This document shows positions 8,113 to 18,236 of a stretch of DNA of 64,000 nt, piece by piece (within the stretch, counting starts at the first letter, position 1; each line of letters opens with the position of its first letter). The translations under genes and the position numbers were made by a program. The notes below the pieces were generated by a model. The model did no database searches, was not told the DNA's origin, and saw only the letters and a program-made list of their open reading frames with translations. The stretch comes from a virus. The DNA is taken from IMG/VR virus record IMGVR_UViG_3300042934_000861, positions 1 to 64,000 of that record; one strand, 5' to 3'.

Positions 8113-8484
8113 CTACTTTTTTATTTCCAACCACAGTTCTAAGAGCTTGTCGAATTGTTCTGGTGTTAGACCGTTTTTGGCTGCTTTCTCTGTAAGGACA
8201 AGAAATGGTACATTTCGTCCATTCATAATGAAGTTACGTGTTTCTTCCGGCATTTCTGGAATTAAGTCTGTGGGGAGGCGTGAATCTTCGAGATAAAAAT
8301 AAGTTTCGGGTACTTTAAGTGCATCACATATGAGTTTGACAGTGGCTTTTCGTGGGTTTTTTGTTTCTCCTGTCTCGATATCGGAAAGAGTGGAAACGCT
8401 AATACCTGTAATTTCCGATAAATCTTCAATGCGTAAATTTTTACCTTCTCGTAAACCTCTTAATTTTGAGCCGATAAACTGCAC
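8113..8484 (-). CDS. CI-like XRE repressor (no S24 peptidase domain)
   Basis: LRIEDLSEITGISVSTLSDIETG HTH; divergent from Cro; 123 aa. Confidence 0.9.
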   Translation of the reverse strand: MQFIGSKLRGLREGKNLRIEDLSEITGISVSTLSDIETGETKNPRKATVKLICDALKVPETYFYLEDSRLPTDLIPEMPEETRNFIMNGRNVPFLVLTEKAAKNGLTPEQFDKLLELWLEIKK

Positions 8485-8579
8485 GATAATTCTCCTTTCG
8501 ATTCCATATTATATGCGATTTTCATGTCGAATAATACCTGTAAACTTTGGTATTATTCGATTTTTTTATTTATAAACCT

Positions 8580-8692
8580 TTTCGGAAATACCGAAATATT
8601 TTGTATTAAAACGTGCAAAATAGTATTGACTTGTATCGGAATGTCCGATAGAATTAAACTATCGCAGCAAGCCTTTTTCGGAATAACCGGAA
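8580..8692. promoter_or_regulatory. Lysis/lysogeny switch: three 17-bp operators and rightward sigmaA promoter
   Basis: TTTCGG-AAATA-CCGAAA (8580), TATCGG-AATGT-CCGATA (8634), TTTCGG-AATAA-CCGGAA (8676); TTGACT-N17-TAGAAT (8626-8654). Confidence 0.85.
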
Positions 8693-8707
8693 AGGAAAGA
8701 TGAAGCA

Positions 8708-8890
8708 ATGAAAATAAAACGGCTCCGAGTTGAAAAGGGTTGGAGTCAACAACGACTTGCAAATGAAGCTGGTGTGCCGCGATCATCATTAGCCGACTTG
8801 GAAACAAGGAAAACCTTACCAAGTCATAAAGATCAGTTGGAAAGAATAGCCAAGGCGTTGGGGGTGAGTGTAGATGATCTGTACGACTGA
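8708..8890 (+). CDS. Cro-like XRE regulator
   Basis: WSQQRLANEAGVPRSSLADLET; first gene of the early operon. Confidence 0.88.
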   Translation: MKIKRLRVEKGWSQQRLANEAGVPRSSLADLETRKTLPSHKDQLERIAKALGVSVDDLYD

Positions 8891-9074
8891 AAAGAAAACG
8901 GAGTCATTGATGAAGATTAAAGAAGTAGCTGAGAGGCTTAATGTTTCTCGTACTACTGTGTATGAAATTATTCATTCAAAAGGGTTTCCGCTCAAAAAAC
9001 TAGGTCCCAAAAAGTATCGAGTATATCGAGATAAGTTAGAAAGATGGATTGAGAACAATGGAAGAACGGTGTAG
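8874..9074 (+). CDS. Excisionase-like HTH protein
   Basis: LMKIKEVAERLNVSRTTVYEII...FP...YRV...LERWI. Confidence 0.82.
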   Translation: MICTTEKKTESLMKIKEVAERLNVSRTTVYEIIHSKGFPLKKLGPKKYRVYRDKLERWIENNGRTV

Positions 9075-9088
9075 TTGGAGGGGTTTAC

Positions 9089-9895
9089 ATGAGTTGCTTA
9101 GCAATTATTGAGCACCAAGGTCAGCGGGTATTAACTACTCAACAATTGGCACAAGTTTATGAAACCGATGGAAATAACATTAAAAACAATTTTGCTAATA
9201 ACAAAGATCGGTTCGTTGAAGGAAGGGACTATTTTTTCCTTCAAAACGAAGAGTTACAAGAGTTTAAAAGGGTAGTCAATGATATTGACCAGCCTTTGAA
9301 ATTTACTTCTCAATTGTATCTCTGGACTGAGCGTGGAGCAAATCGTCACTCAAAAATATTGGATACTGAAAAAGCTTGGCAACAATTTGATGTTTTAGAA
9401 GAAACATATTTTAAGGCAAGGCAAGAAGCGATTGAGCTAAATAAATTATCTCCAGAATTGCAGATGTTCAAATTGATATTCGATAACACAGCAAAATTGC
9501 AAATTGAATTGGCAGAAGCAAATGCAAAAGCATCTGAAGCTATTGAAAGAACTGGTAATGTTGAGCACCGGTTAGAGGTTGTGAAAGAAACAATTATTCA
9601 ACGTGATGATAATTGGCGTGATTCTATCAACTCCATGATAAACAAAATCGCCCATAACACTGCCGATAAAAATTATCAGGCCGTTCGTACTGAAAGCTAT
9701 GCCTTGCTCGAATCAAGAGCTTCATGTGACTTAAATACTCGTATTCGAAATATGCGGCAGCGTCTTGAAAATTCCGGCGCCACTAAAACAAAAATAAACT
9801 CTATCACCAAAATGGATGTAATAGAGTCTAATAAGCAATTGAAAGAAATTTATACCGGCATTGTAAAAGAAATGTTGATCAAGTATGTAGCGTAA
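9089..9895 (+). CDS. ORF6N-domain antirepressor-type protein
   Basis: GQRVLTTQQLAQVYET...NNF..NKDRF...YLWTERGANRHSKILDTEKAW. Confidence 0.9.
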   Translation: MSCLAIIEHQGQRVLTTQQLAQVYETDGNNIKNNFANNKDRFVEGRDYFFLQNEELQEFKRVVNDIDQPLKFTSQLYLWTERGANRHSKILDTEKAWQQFDVLEETYFKARQEAIELNKLSPELQMFKLIFDNTAKLQIELAEANAKASEAIERTGNVEHRLEVVKETIIQRDDNWRDSINSMINKIAHNTADKNYQAVRTESYALLESRASCDLNTRIRNMRQRLENSGATKTKINSITKMDVIESNKQLKEIYTGIVKEMLIKYVA

Positions 9896-9900
9896 GGAAG

Positions 9901-10107
9901 GTGATTAAAACGTCTGAATGTGACAATCTGCTTGAAGAACTCATAAAGCTACGTGCAATGGCTTTACAACTATCCCGTAACCTAACTGACAAAAATATCG
10001 CTGATGCTGAGTGTATTTGGAATCCGGCTGATGCACTACTTATTAAAAGGCAACTGTCTGAGCTACGTGCGTATTTGGATGAACCAAACGAAGGGAAGCG
10101 ATGCTAA
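9901..10107 (+). CDS. Hypothetical protein
   Basis: Tightly packed in early operon. Confidence 0.55.
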   Translation: MIKTSECDNLLEELIKLRAMALQLSRNLTDKNIADAECIWNPADALLIKRQLSELRAYLDEPNEGKRC

Positions 10108-10644
10108 ATGTTCTGCGATTGTTGCGGCGTTTGCTTTGACGACGTAACCGGAAGAAACATAGTCGATCATAGCAAATATGTTGAGGTTTGCAATCCGTGC
10201 AAAGATGAAATATGGGAGGATGAGCATATGCCTTTAATTCAAAAAGTTGAAAATATGGTAACTGTGATGAAAGAGGTTTTTGAAGAAACTAAAGCGATGT
10301 CCATAGGCATTAACTATAAGAATGAAATTGAAATTCACTTAACAAACGGGATGTTTGCACGAATAATTGGCACCGATTTTAATATAGCTGATTTCTCAGC
10401 GGGAAAACATCCTTTTAAGGCAACGCAAAAGCTTGGAGGTGCCAATTGGTTCACTCTGGTTGATCGTGACCAGTTGAAACCTGGCCTTGCACTTGAAGAT
10501 CAGCATAAAACAGTAAGAGAGTATATCAAATCGCTCATTCCAAAAGAAAAGACCGCTCCTGTTGGCGCAGAAGCGGTCAGCAATACAACATATAAAAATA
10601 ATCTTAGTACCTATGTTACCACAGAAGTGGAGGCGGGGCAATAA
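10108..10644 (+). CDS. Hypothetical protein with N-terminal Cys pairs
   Basis: CDCC...CNPC; coupled to neighbours. Confidence 0.65.
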   Translation: MFCDCCGVCFDDVTGRNIVDHSKYVEVCNPCKDEIWEDEHMPLIQKVENMVTVMKEVFEETKAMSIGINYKNEIEIHLTNGMFARIIGTDFNIADFSAGKHPFKATQKLGGANWFTLVDRDQLKPGLALEDQHKTVREYIKSLIPKEKTAPVGAEAVSNTTYKNNLSTYVTTEVEAGQ

Positions 10645-11387
10645 TGCAGGATGATATAAAAAAGAAACTGCAAGAGCCTTTTCTACCAAGTGAAGTGGAG
10701 TGGCGTGTTGGTGCTACGACCCAAGATAAAACCAAGGGGATTGCACTTGCTTACGTTACAAACCGTGCGATTCAAAATAGATTGGATGAAGTTTTTGGCC
10801 CCTTAGGTTGGAAGAATGAATATCGCGAGTGGAAAACCAATAGCCAACTTTGTGGTATATCCATATTGCATAATGGCGAATGGATTACAAAGTGGGATGG
10901 AGCGGCTGACAGTGCAACAGAGGCTACTAAGGGTGGATTAAGCGATGCTATGAAACGTGCGGCTGTACAGTGGGGAATCGGAAGGTATCTTTATGAATTG
11001 GAAAATGAATGGGTACCAATAGAACCGTATGGAAAAAACTCATTTAAGTTAAAATCAATTCCATTCTTACCGCCATGGGCGCTGCCAGAAGGGTTTTCCT
11101 ATAATAAAAAGCCTGTACCAGCAATTGCGGCAACACCTGCAGCAACTCCCGTACTAACCCCTAAAGCGGCACCTGCACCAACGAAAGTCGGTGATGTTGC
11201 CATTTCGATTAAAGGTACTATGACTAAACTATCGGAGTTAGATATTGATCAGGTGCGCTGGTTAGCAGACAATGCGAAAAACGAAGTTGCCCGAACTGCA
11301 GCAAAAGATTACTTAGCTGAATTGAACGGCAAAACGGATAATTCCAAACCTACAGTTGAAGCAATATTTGGAGGCGAAGCGGTATGA
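10644..11387 (+). CDS. Rad52/Rad22-family single-strand annealing protein (Sak)
   Basis: LQEPF..VEWR, AYVTNRAIQNRLDEVFG, KGGLSDAMKRAAVQWGIGRYLY. Confidence 0.93.
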   Translation: MQDDIKKKLQEPFLPSEVEWRVGATTQDKTKGIALAYVTNRAIQNRLDEVFGPLGWKNEYREWKTNSQLCGISILHNGEWITKWDGAADSATEATKGGLSDAMKRAAVQWGIGRYLYELENEWVPIEPYGKNSFKLKSIPFLPPWALPEGFSYNKKPVPAIAATPAATPVLTPKAAPAPTKVGDVAISIKGTMTKLSELDIDQVRWLADNAKNEVARTAAKDYLAELNGKTDNSKPTVEAIFGGEAV

Positions 11388-13543
11388 GTAGATTAACTGC
11401 TATTGAGTTTAAAAATATGAAAGGGCAAACAGCCGTGCAGGAGCTAACTGGCATGGATATCTTTACTGGCCGTAATGGAGCCGGTAAAACCACACGGATA
11501 CAGGCACTTGGCTATGCCATGCTTGGTTATGTGCCGGGGCAAAAGAAAACAGCTACCGACACCTTCAAGATGTCCACTGGCGACAATATGAGTGTGGGGT
11601 TACGGACAGAATCCTTTAGCCATGTTCGGGCTCTAACTAGAAGCGAAAAGCGTAATGCTAAAAACGGTGAGACTACCGTAACGATTAAAGAAAGCATTTC
11701 TGTTTCACCGAGCGCCGGTGAGCGTACTGATACAGATAAAAGTATCCGGATTGGAACTGAGATTGGGAATTTCCCGGTGATGATGGACTTTAGTGAATTT
11801 TTATCAATGTCCGATGCAAAACGCCGGGATTTTATCTACAGCCTTAGTCCGATAAAATCCGACTCATGGAACCGTGATCGGATTCAAGATTACCTTACTA
11901 AGAAACTGCTAACAGATGAATTGCAGGTCAATAATCCTGAGCAATTTAGCGTAATGCAAGAGCTCATCATAAAGGTAATTGCCGAGTATCCAATTGGTTT
12001 TGGAGTAAGTGAAGGACTTCAATCCATGCTTGGTTGGCTGGAAACGGAAAAAAAGTTCTGGTCCAGTAAGCAAAAGGATGCTCAGGGGGCAGTTCGCCAA
12101 ATCAGTGAATTAAAGAATGATCTTGAAGAGACTGAGCGGGGTATTGTCGCTAAAAAACAAGAGCTGGAGCTATTGCAAAATAGCTTGATTGATATTGAAA
12201 AGCAACTTACGGCTGGAGAGGAAAAGCAGAAAGCTGCCGATAAGAAAAGTGCAAGACTTGCTTTGTTGAACTCGGAAATAGTGAACCTGGAAGAATTGCC
12301 GACGCATGACCTTGCAGCGCTTGATACCAAAATTTCTGAACACCAAGGCCAACTGGTAGATCCACCTAACAATGACAATGAGTTAGCAACCATCAAAACT
12401 AAGATTTCTGATATACGAGTGTGCCGCAAAGAACTTGAAGATAAAGCCCGGGGCGTAAAAAGTACAATTAGCACAATCAAAACTACTGTAGCAACTTTAG
12501 AAGAGGCGCTTAAAAAGGTTGGTGAGCTCTCCGGTAGGTGTATTGCTCACCACATGGTTAAATGCCCGAAAGACTTCAATGACCCTGCGCTGGTGGAAGG
12601 GGTCAATAAGAATAAGGTTGCAGCAGATGCTAAAATTGCTGAATTGCAAACGGAAGTAAATGGCATAGAAGGCCAGATTAAAGCTCTCGATGATCAGGAA
12701 TTAGACCAGCAGAACAGGCAAGCGCTACTGGCTAAAGAAGCGCAGGAAATTAACCAGCGTAATGCCTCAATCAATAAGTCTATTACTGAATTGACCAATG
12801 AGCGCAATGGTTATGTCCAGAAAAATGCGGACCGTGATAGCAAACTTAAAGTATACCGTGAAGAACTGGTCCAACTGCAAACGGAGCCTGAAGAAATTGT
12901 TCCGGATATAGGGCCGCTTAAAGAACGGGCTGAGAATTGTCGCACTGCAATAACCAACTTGAAAGCGGTAGTTGATCAAAAGGAAAAAGCTAGACAGGCA
13001 CTTATCATCGTGCAGCAGTCCATGATTGATAACCGTAAGGCTGAATATAACGCTACTTGCTCAAAGCTCATTGCTGATACGTTGGGGGCAAAAGGCGTAC
13101 AGGGGGAACTTGTAAAGGAAATACTGCAGCCTATCAAAGTGGATATTGGCGTAAACCTGGCGCTAATGGGATTTGAGTATGAACCGTTTTTCCAAACAGA
13201 AAGTGATACCGGCAAGGAGATATTTCAATTTGGTTGGATAAATGAGAAAGGCCACTACGTTAATTTTGACGCTCTTTCTACTGGACAACAAACGGTGTTT
13301 TTAGCTGCTATGATGGTCACGATAATTGACCGTGCTAAGCCTAAGTTGCGGTTATTGGTAATGGATAATCTCAACCATTTAGATAAAAAGAACTTTCAGC
13401 TTCTCCTTAACGGCTTAGCTGAGGTAAAAGATAAGTTGGATAATATCATACTGGCCGGCGCGATTGAATTTGAATTCTCAGCTGATAACTGGACGGTATG
13501 GAATCTGGGTACGGAGGCTGCAAATGATGTCAGAATTGCTTAG
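11384..13543 (+). CDS. SMC/Rad50-like coiled-coil ABC ATPase
   Basis: Walker A GRNGAGKT, long coiled coil, signature LSTGQQ, Walker B LLVMDN. Confidence 0.88.
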   Translation: MSRLTAIEFKNMKGQTAVQELTGMDIFTGRNGAGKTTRIQALGYAMLGYVPGQKKTATDTFKMSTGDNMSVGLRTESFSHVRALTRSEKRNAKNGETTVTIKESISVSPSAGERTDTDKSIRIGTEIGNFPVMMDFSEFLSMSDAKRRDFIYSLSPIKSDSWNRDRIQDYLTKKLLTDELQVNNPEQFSVMQELIIKVIAEYPIGFGVSEGLQSMLGWLETEKKFWSSKQKDAQGAVRQISELKNDLEETERGIVAKKQELELLQNSLIDIEKQLTAGEEKQKAADKKSARLALLNSEIVNLEELPTHDLAALDTKISEHQGQLVDPPNNDNELATIKTKISDIRVCRKELEDKARGVKSTISTIKTTVATLEEALKKVGELSGRCIAHHMVKCPKDFNDPALVEGVNKNKVAADAKIAELQTEVNGIEGQIKALDDQELDQQNRQALLAKEAQEINQRNASINKSITELTNERNGYVQKNADRDSKLKVYREELVQLQTEPEEIVPDIGPLKERAENCRTAITNLKAVVDQKEKARQALIIVQQSMIDNRKAEYNATCSKLIADTLGAKGVQGELVKEILQPIKVDIGVNLALMGFEYEPFFQTESDTGKEIFQFGWINEKGHYVNFDALSTGQQTVFLAAMMVTIIDRAKPKLRLLVMDNLNHLDKKNFQLLLNGLAEVKDKLDNIILAGAIEFEFSADNWTVWNLGTEAANDVRIA

Positions 13544-15320
13544 CGGACTTAATGAACAACAGCAAAGAGCGGTAATTTCTACCGCTCCTGTCATTCTCTG
13601 TATTGCTGGTGCCGGAAGTGGCAAGACAACTGTTTTGACAAAGCGTGTCTCCAATCTTGTTTTAAATCATGGAATCAAAACCTCAAATATACTTTGCTTA
13701 ACTTTTACCCGACTTGCTGGTCTGGAAATGAAGGAACGTGTTATAAAACTGATTGGTGAGGATGAGGCAAAAGAGTTGTTCTCTAATACGTTTGATGCTT
13801 TTGCGGTGTCAGTACTAAAAGAGCATGGTCATTTATTAGGCATTGAAGAAAACTTCTCCATTTATGATCAAGAGGATCGGAATGAGTTATTTAAAAAAAT
13901 CATTGTGGACTTAGGAAGCCGCACAACTTTAAGTAAGGTTGTAGAACGCCATGAAAAGTGCAGTGACGTGCGGGAAGAACGTCGAGTGTATCCAGAAGAA
14001 TGTAGAGTACTTGAAGAATACGGATACCGGTGCAAGCAAAATAATGCAGTGGATTTAAACAGACTGGTGGACCTAGTTATTCGCTTGTGGGAATTAAACC
14101 CGACAATACTTGCACTGTATCAAAATCGCTATTCATATGTTTTCGTTGATGAGTTTCAAGATACTGACAAAGAACAAGCGTACATGGTTGATCTGCTTAG
14201 AGCTCGGAACCTGTTTATAGTTGGCGACGCTGACCAAAGTATTTATGAATGGCGAGGGGCAAAGGTTGATTTCATAGTGAACTTTGAAAAGAACAATCCT
14301 GGCTGTGAAGTTATCACACTGGAAGACAATTATCGATCGACTGAACAGATTGTGGAAGTTGCTAATCGACTAATCCGGTTCAATGTCAAAAGAGTAGATA
14401 AAAAATTGATTGCTCACAAGTCCGGCTGCGCAGTTAATTTGAGTCGGTACGATGATACTTATAAGGAAAATGTTGCAGTTGCAGATGCTGTAGCGGCAAT
14501 GTCTCAGGACATGCCATATAAAGATATTGCGGTACTGGCCAGAACTAATGCAAAGCTGGATAGTATCAAGTGGGAATTGGAGCGGCGTGGCTTGCCGTGT
14601 CTGCGAGTAGGAGGGCAAGAAGATCCTTATAAAGCTCCTATGGTAAAGCGGATTATAGACTGGATGTATTTCATGCAAAACAACACTGATGATATGGCGT
14701 TTAAACGGGTATTCAAAAGTTTTGCTATCAACAGTATCAAGATGGCAGAAATCGAACTATATGCTTTAAACATGGAAGTATCACTTTGCCAAGCAAGCCT
14801 AAATTTTTCTGTTGGGCAACTATTTTTTGAAAGTGCAAGTCTCCCGATTAGTGAAGCAATAAGTGCTGTTGAGGATTCGCCGCTTGCCCATGTTACTGCT
14901 ATTCGCAATGTGATAGTTGGAACGCAAAGCGAAGTTGATAGAGCTATCCCTGTGATTGAACGGTGGCAAGCATCTAAGCAACGAGTTAATGAAGATTATT
15001 CCGTGAAAGCATTTCTAAAGCATTTGCGCTTCAGGGATATCCAAGAAAAATTAACTGAGAAAAAAGATGCCATAAATTTAATGACCATACACGGCAGCAA
15101 AGGACTTGAATTTGACACGGTTTACCTTGTCGGGATGAACCAGGGCGTATTTCCATCAAAACGCGGCGAAATCGAAGAGGAACGCCGACTTGCTTATGTG
15201 GCTGCTACAAGAGCGAAAAATCGGCTGCATTTAACGTATGCTGATGCTGTGTCCGATTGGAACGGAAATATGATAAGTGCGGTTCCTAGCCAGTTTTTAG
15301 ACGAATTCGGGCTAAATTAG
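13524..15320 (+). CDS. UvrD/PcrA-family SF1 helicase
   Basis: AGAGSGKT, DEFQD, VGDADQSIY, NYRS, TIHGSKGLEF, EERRLAYVAATRA. Confidence 0.95.
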   Translation: MMSELLSGLNEQQQRAVISTAPVILCIAGAGSGKTTVLTKRVSNLVLNHGIKTSNILCLTFTRLAGLEMKERVIKLIGEDEAKELFSNTFDAFAVSVLKEHGHLLGIEENFSIYDQEDRNELFKKIIVDLGSRTTLSKVVERHEKCSDVREERRVYPEECRVLEEYGYRCKQNNAVDLNRLVDLVIRLWELNPTILALYQNRYSYVFVDEFQDTDKEQAYMVDLLRARNLFIVGDADQSIYEWRGAKVDFIVNFEKNNPGCEVITLEDNYRSTEQIVEVANRLIRFNVKRVDKKLIAHKSGCAVNLSRYDDTYKENVAVADAVAAMSQDMPYKDIAVLARTNAKLDSIKWELERRGLPCLRVGGQEDPYKAPMVKRIIDWMYFMQNNTDDMAFKRVFKSFAINSIKMAEIELYALNMEVSLCQASLNFSVGQLFFESASLPISEAISAVEDSPLAHVTAIRNVIVGTQSEVDRAIPVIERWQASKQRVNEDYSVKAFLKHLRFRDIQEKLTEKKDAINLMTIHGSKGLEFDTVYLVGMNQGVFPSKRGEIEEERRLAYVAATRAKNRLHLTYADAVSDWNGNMISAVPSQFLDEFGLN

Positions 15321-15340
15321 ATAAGGGGCGGTAGATAGAA

Positions 15341-16084
15341 ATGACATTAGAAAAAAGTATAAAGGATGCAATAGCAAAGAAACTGGAGGATGGCACTGTC
15401 GAGAAACTAATCGAAGAGCAAGTGGAGAAAGGCGTAAACAACGCTTTAAACAGCTTGTTTGGCTCATACGGGGATGTTACCAAGGTAATTGAAGAGCAAG
15501 TTAAATCCGTGATGATTCCCTATCTGGAGCGATTTGATTACTCACAATACATTGTTAAGTTGGACAGCGTTATGGTTGATGTTTTAAAGGGAGCGGCACT
15601 AGAAAATAAAATCCTCCTGCAAAACTTTAAGAACTTGATGCTGCCGGAAGAGAGAGAAACAATTAAGGCTTCTGAACTATTTGCCGCATGGAAAGATTAC
15701 GTGGCTAAAAACGTAGAAACTAACGGCCTAGAAGTTTGCTTTGATGGCGGTCCGGCATATGAAGATGTTGATATTCGCATGGATGTAAGCTGTGACGATG
15801 ATCGAGGATGGGGTTCTTTTCGGTATGCTACCTTGACTCTCGATTGTGAACACGATGAGGAAATGAACTTTGCGATTAGACTCTCTCATTACACAGGCAA
15901 TAAAAGTGATGAGTGGACGTTCACCTATGATACCGGCAAGGATATCCGGTCGCTGAGATACTTAAATGATTTTGAGATTTTGTTAATGCGCTTAGATCGG
16001 GCCGGTGTGAAATTGATTATGGATACTAGCTATGAGCGTGACGAAATCACTCCAGAGAAAGAACCGGAACTTACATACGGATAA
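15341..16084 (+). CDS. Hypothetical phage protein
   Basis: 247-aa ORF with RBS in early operon. Confidence 0.75.
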   Translation: MTLEKSIKDAIAKKLEDGTVEKLIEEQVEKGVNNALNSLFGSYGDVTKVIEEQVKSVMIPYLERFDYSQYIVKLDSVMVDVLKGAALENKILLQNFKNLMLPEERETIKASELFAAWKDYVAKNVETNGLEVCFDGGPAYEDVDIRMDVSCDDDRGWGSFRYATLTLDCEHDEEMNFAIRLSHYTGNKSDEWTFTYDTGKDIRSLRYLNDFEILLMRLDRAGVKLIMDTSYERDEITPEKEPELTYG

Positions 16085-16204
16085 ACATATAACATTCAAA
16101 TTTGACTGTGGCGAGGTTTTTAAGCTGCGCTAATGCATATCTGTATAATTGCTAAAAATGACAACATTATAGCTTAATTAAACAATAATATAGGGGGAGT
16201 AGAA

Positions 16205-17320
16205 GTGAAGTTATTAGTAAGTCAGGAAAAGCTTTTAACTGGACTTAAAGCAGTAAGTAAGGTTATTAGCAAAAAGGCTCCACAATTTGCTGGAACGCGT
16301 ATTGCAACATCTGGTGTAAGGGGTGGAATAGAGATTAGTGCTACGAACTTTCGGGATACGATTTGCTATGTAATTAACAATAATAATAGCTACGTTGAAG
16401 TGGAAGGCAATGTATTTATTCCTGGTTCAACATTGCAAACGGCTGTAAGATCACTTCCTAAAGAGTCTTTAGCGCTGTCTTGGGATAATAAGAGACTGCA
16501 AATTAACTCTGGATTAATACAATATAGCCTTTATACGAATGATGAAGCAGTGTATAAGCAATGTGAAATACCGGACGAAAATCTTGCAGTTTTATCCGGC
16601 AAAGAACTCAAATGCTTACTGAAAAATGTTGATTATGCGACTGCTACAGATGAATTACGGCCAATATTTCTGGGCGTTCTGTTTGAGTTTGATTCTGATA
16701 ACGGATCTGTGACTGCAGTTGCAACAAATACGCATCGACTCGCACGTAAAACTATAGAACCTGTTGTAAAGCCACAAGGTCAGGGACGGTTTGTTATTCA
16801 AAAAAGCCTGTTAAAACACGTTTCAACGTTCATCGCAGATGATTCATTTGTTCATTTGAGATGGAATGAGGCTATTGCTGTAATAGGTGATGAAAGAGTC
16901 ATTTTGCATACCGTAAATTGTGGTAAATACCCAGAGTGGCAGAAGATTGTACCTACAGCCTTTTCCACTGTTGTTGAAGTATCACGAATCCAACTACTAC
17001 AAGCCGTAACGAGAATTACCAATGTAGTTAAGGGCTGCGACTACAACATAATGAGTATTGAGTTTGATAAGGAATACGTGAAGTTGTCAGGTAAGCATCC
17101 AGATGTTGGCCAGGTAACAGAGACAATACCGGCACGATATGATGCGGGGCCGAATATGCAAGGGATTTCGTTTAATGTCGTTTATCTTCAAGATGCGCTC
17201 AAAGTTATGACTGATGACAAGATCACACTATCTTTTAATGCTCCAACTTCGCCAGCTGCGGTTCAAGCGAAAAATAAAGATGATTTCATGTATGTCATTA
17301 CTCCGGTGAGAGTGAGTTAG
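16205..17320 (+). CDS. dnaN: DNA polymerase III beta sliding clamp homologue
   Basis: RPIFLGV, VATNTHRLA, GKYPEWQKIVP, FNVVYLQDAL, YVITPVR; 371 aa. Confidence 0.92.
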   Translation: MKLLVSQEKLLTGLKAVSKVISKKAPQFAGTRIATSGVRGGIEISATNFRDTICYVINNNNSYVEVEGNVFIPGSTLQTAVRSLPKESLALSWDNKRLQINSGLIQYSLYTNDEAVYKQCEIPDENLAVLSGKELKCLLKNVDYATATDELRPIFLGVLFEFDSDNGSVTAVATNTHRLARKTIEPVVKPQGQGRFVIQKSLLKHVSTFIADDSFVHLRWNEAIAVIGDERVILHTVNCGKYPEWQKIVPTAFSTVVEVSRIQLLQAVTRITNVVKGCDYNIMSIEFDKEYVKLSGKHPDVGQVTETIPARYDAGPNMQGISFNVVYLQDALKVMTDDKITLSFNAPTSPAAVQAKNKDDFMYVITPVRVS

Positions 17321-17412
17321 GTGTTTTTTTTATGACCTAAAAATGCGTAGACTTCTCCTAATATGTAGTTTACGCAGCTGATATTCATAATATGCATTGG
17401 AGAGTGAAAAAC

Positions 17413-17616
17413 ATGAAAAGAAAAGTAGCTAAACTGGTACCTATTCCTGGTTGCCTTGGCTGCTCAAAGTTTTGTAAATACCGCGGCAATGTAATGGGTG
17501 AGTTAGCCGCAAAAGATGCAGTTATAGATACTACAAAACCTCATTCCTGCAATAATGTTCGGTGGTGGAAGTGGCCGTTTCTGATGAAAGAAATGCAAAG
17601 GACGGTGAAAGCATGA
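17413..17616 (+). CDS. Small Cys-rich hypothetical protein
   Basis: CxxCxxxC...C; GGAG RBS. Confidence 0.55.
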   Translation: MKRKVAKLVPIPGCLGCSKFCKYRGNVMGELAAKDAVIDTTKPHSCNNVRWWKWPFLMKEMQRTVKA

Positions 17617-17969
17617 GTGGGTTGCCGATTAAAATGTGCCGTAGAATTGCGCCAGATTCCCGTAGGTCGTCCAATTGGCTTTGGTTGGCATTACTTATCC
17701 TTATTGCAATCTCGCCCCTGTCCTGCGGCAATTCTGCCAAGGCAATTCAGGTAACTGATGTTTATACGGTGGAGAAGGGAGATACCCTTTGGAGCATTGC
17801 TGACCAATACATAGCGAAGAACACATACGGTAAACGGGATATTCGGGAGTTTTATCACGGGATCATTGAGCGCAATTACGAGACAGTGTTTAAAAACAGG
17901 GCTCCCTATTACTTCATTTACCCGGGAGATAAGCTTGAAATCAGCTATTGGATAAAAGTGGAGGAGTAA
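17613..17969 (+). CDS. Membrane-anchored LysM protein (YneA-like)
   Basis: TM then YTVEKGDTLWSIA...IYPGDKLEI. Confidence 0.85.
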   Translation: MSGLPIKMCRRIAPDSRRSSNWLWLALLILIAISPLSCGNSAKAIQVTDVYTVEKGDTLWSIADQYIAKNTYGKRDIREFYHGIIERNYETVFKNRAPYYFIYPGDKLEISYWIKVEE

Positions 17970-17971
17970 CG

Positions 17972-18235
17972 ATGCAGCAAGTCCGTGTAGGTGACTATGT
18001 AAGTTGGACAAGCCGATCAGGCGAAGTTTCCAAAACAAAGGAAGGTGATGTGGTTGCATTGGTTGCTCGATCACATGATGCCTACCAATGTGTTCCTCAG
18101 AACACTCCTCCAAGAAGACTAAAGTTTAAGTCCGTTAATATGCAGTATGACCGTGTGTTAGTGGCCGTGAGGCGTAAAAGTGGTATTTACGATTACTATG
18201 CACCGTCAATCAATATGGTTAAGGTGGTGGATTAG
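17972..18235 (+). CDS. Hypothetical protein (SH3-like)
   Basis: VGDYVSWTS...KEGDVV. Confidence 0.65.
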   Translation: MQQVRVGDYVSWTSRSGEVSKTKEGDVVALVARSHDAYQCVPQNTPPRRLKFKSVNMQYDRVLVAVRRKSGIYDYYAPSINMVKVVD

Positions 18236-18236
18236 A

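Noticed and set aside
11384-15320. Gabija-type defence system
   Set aside because: ATPase lacks a TOPRIM/OLD nuclease domain, has a long coiled coil and sits in the recombination operon
17575-17600. Hammerhead core CTGATGA...GAAA
   Set aside because: Inside a coding region with no supporting stems
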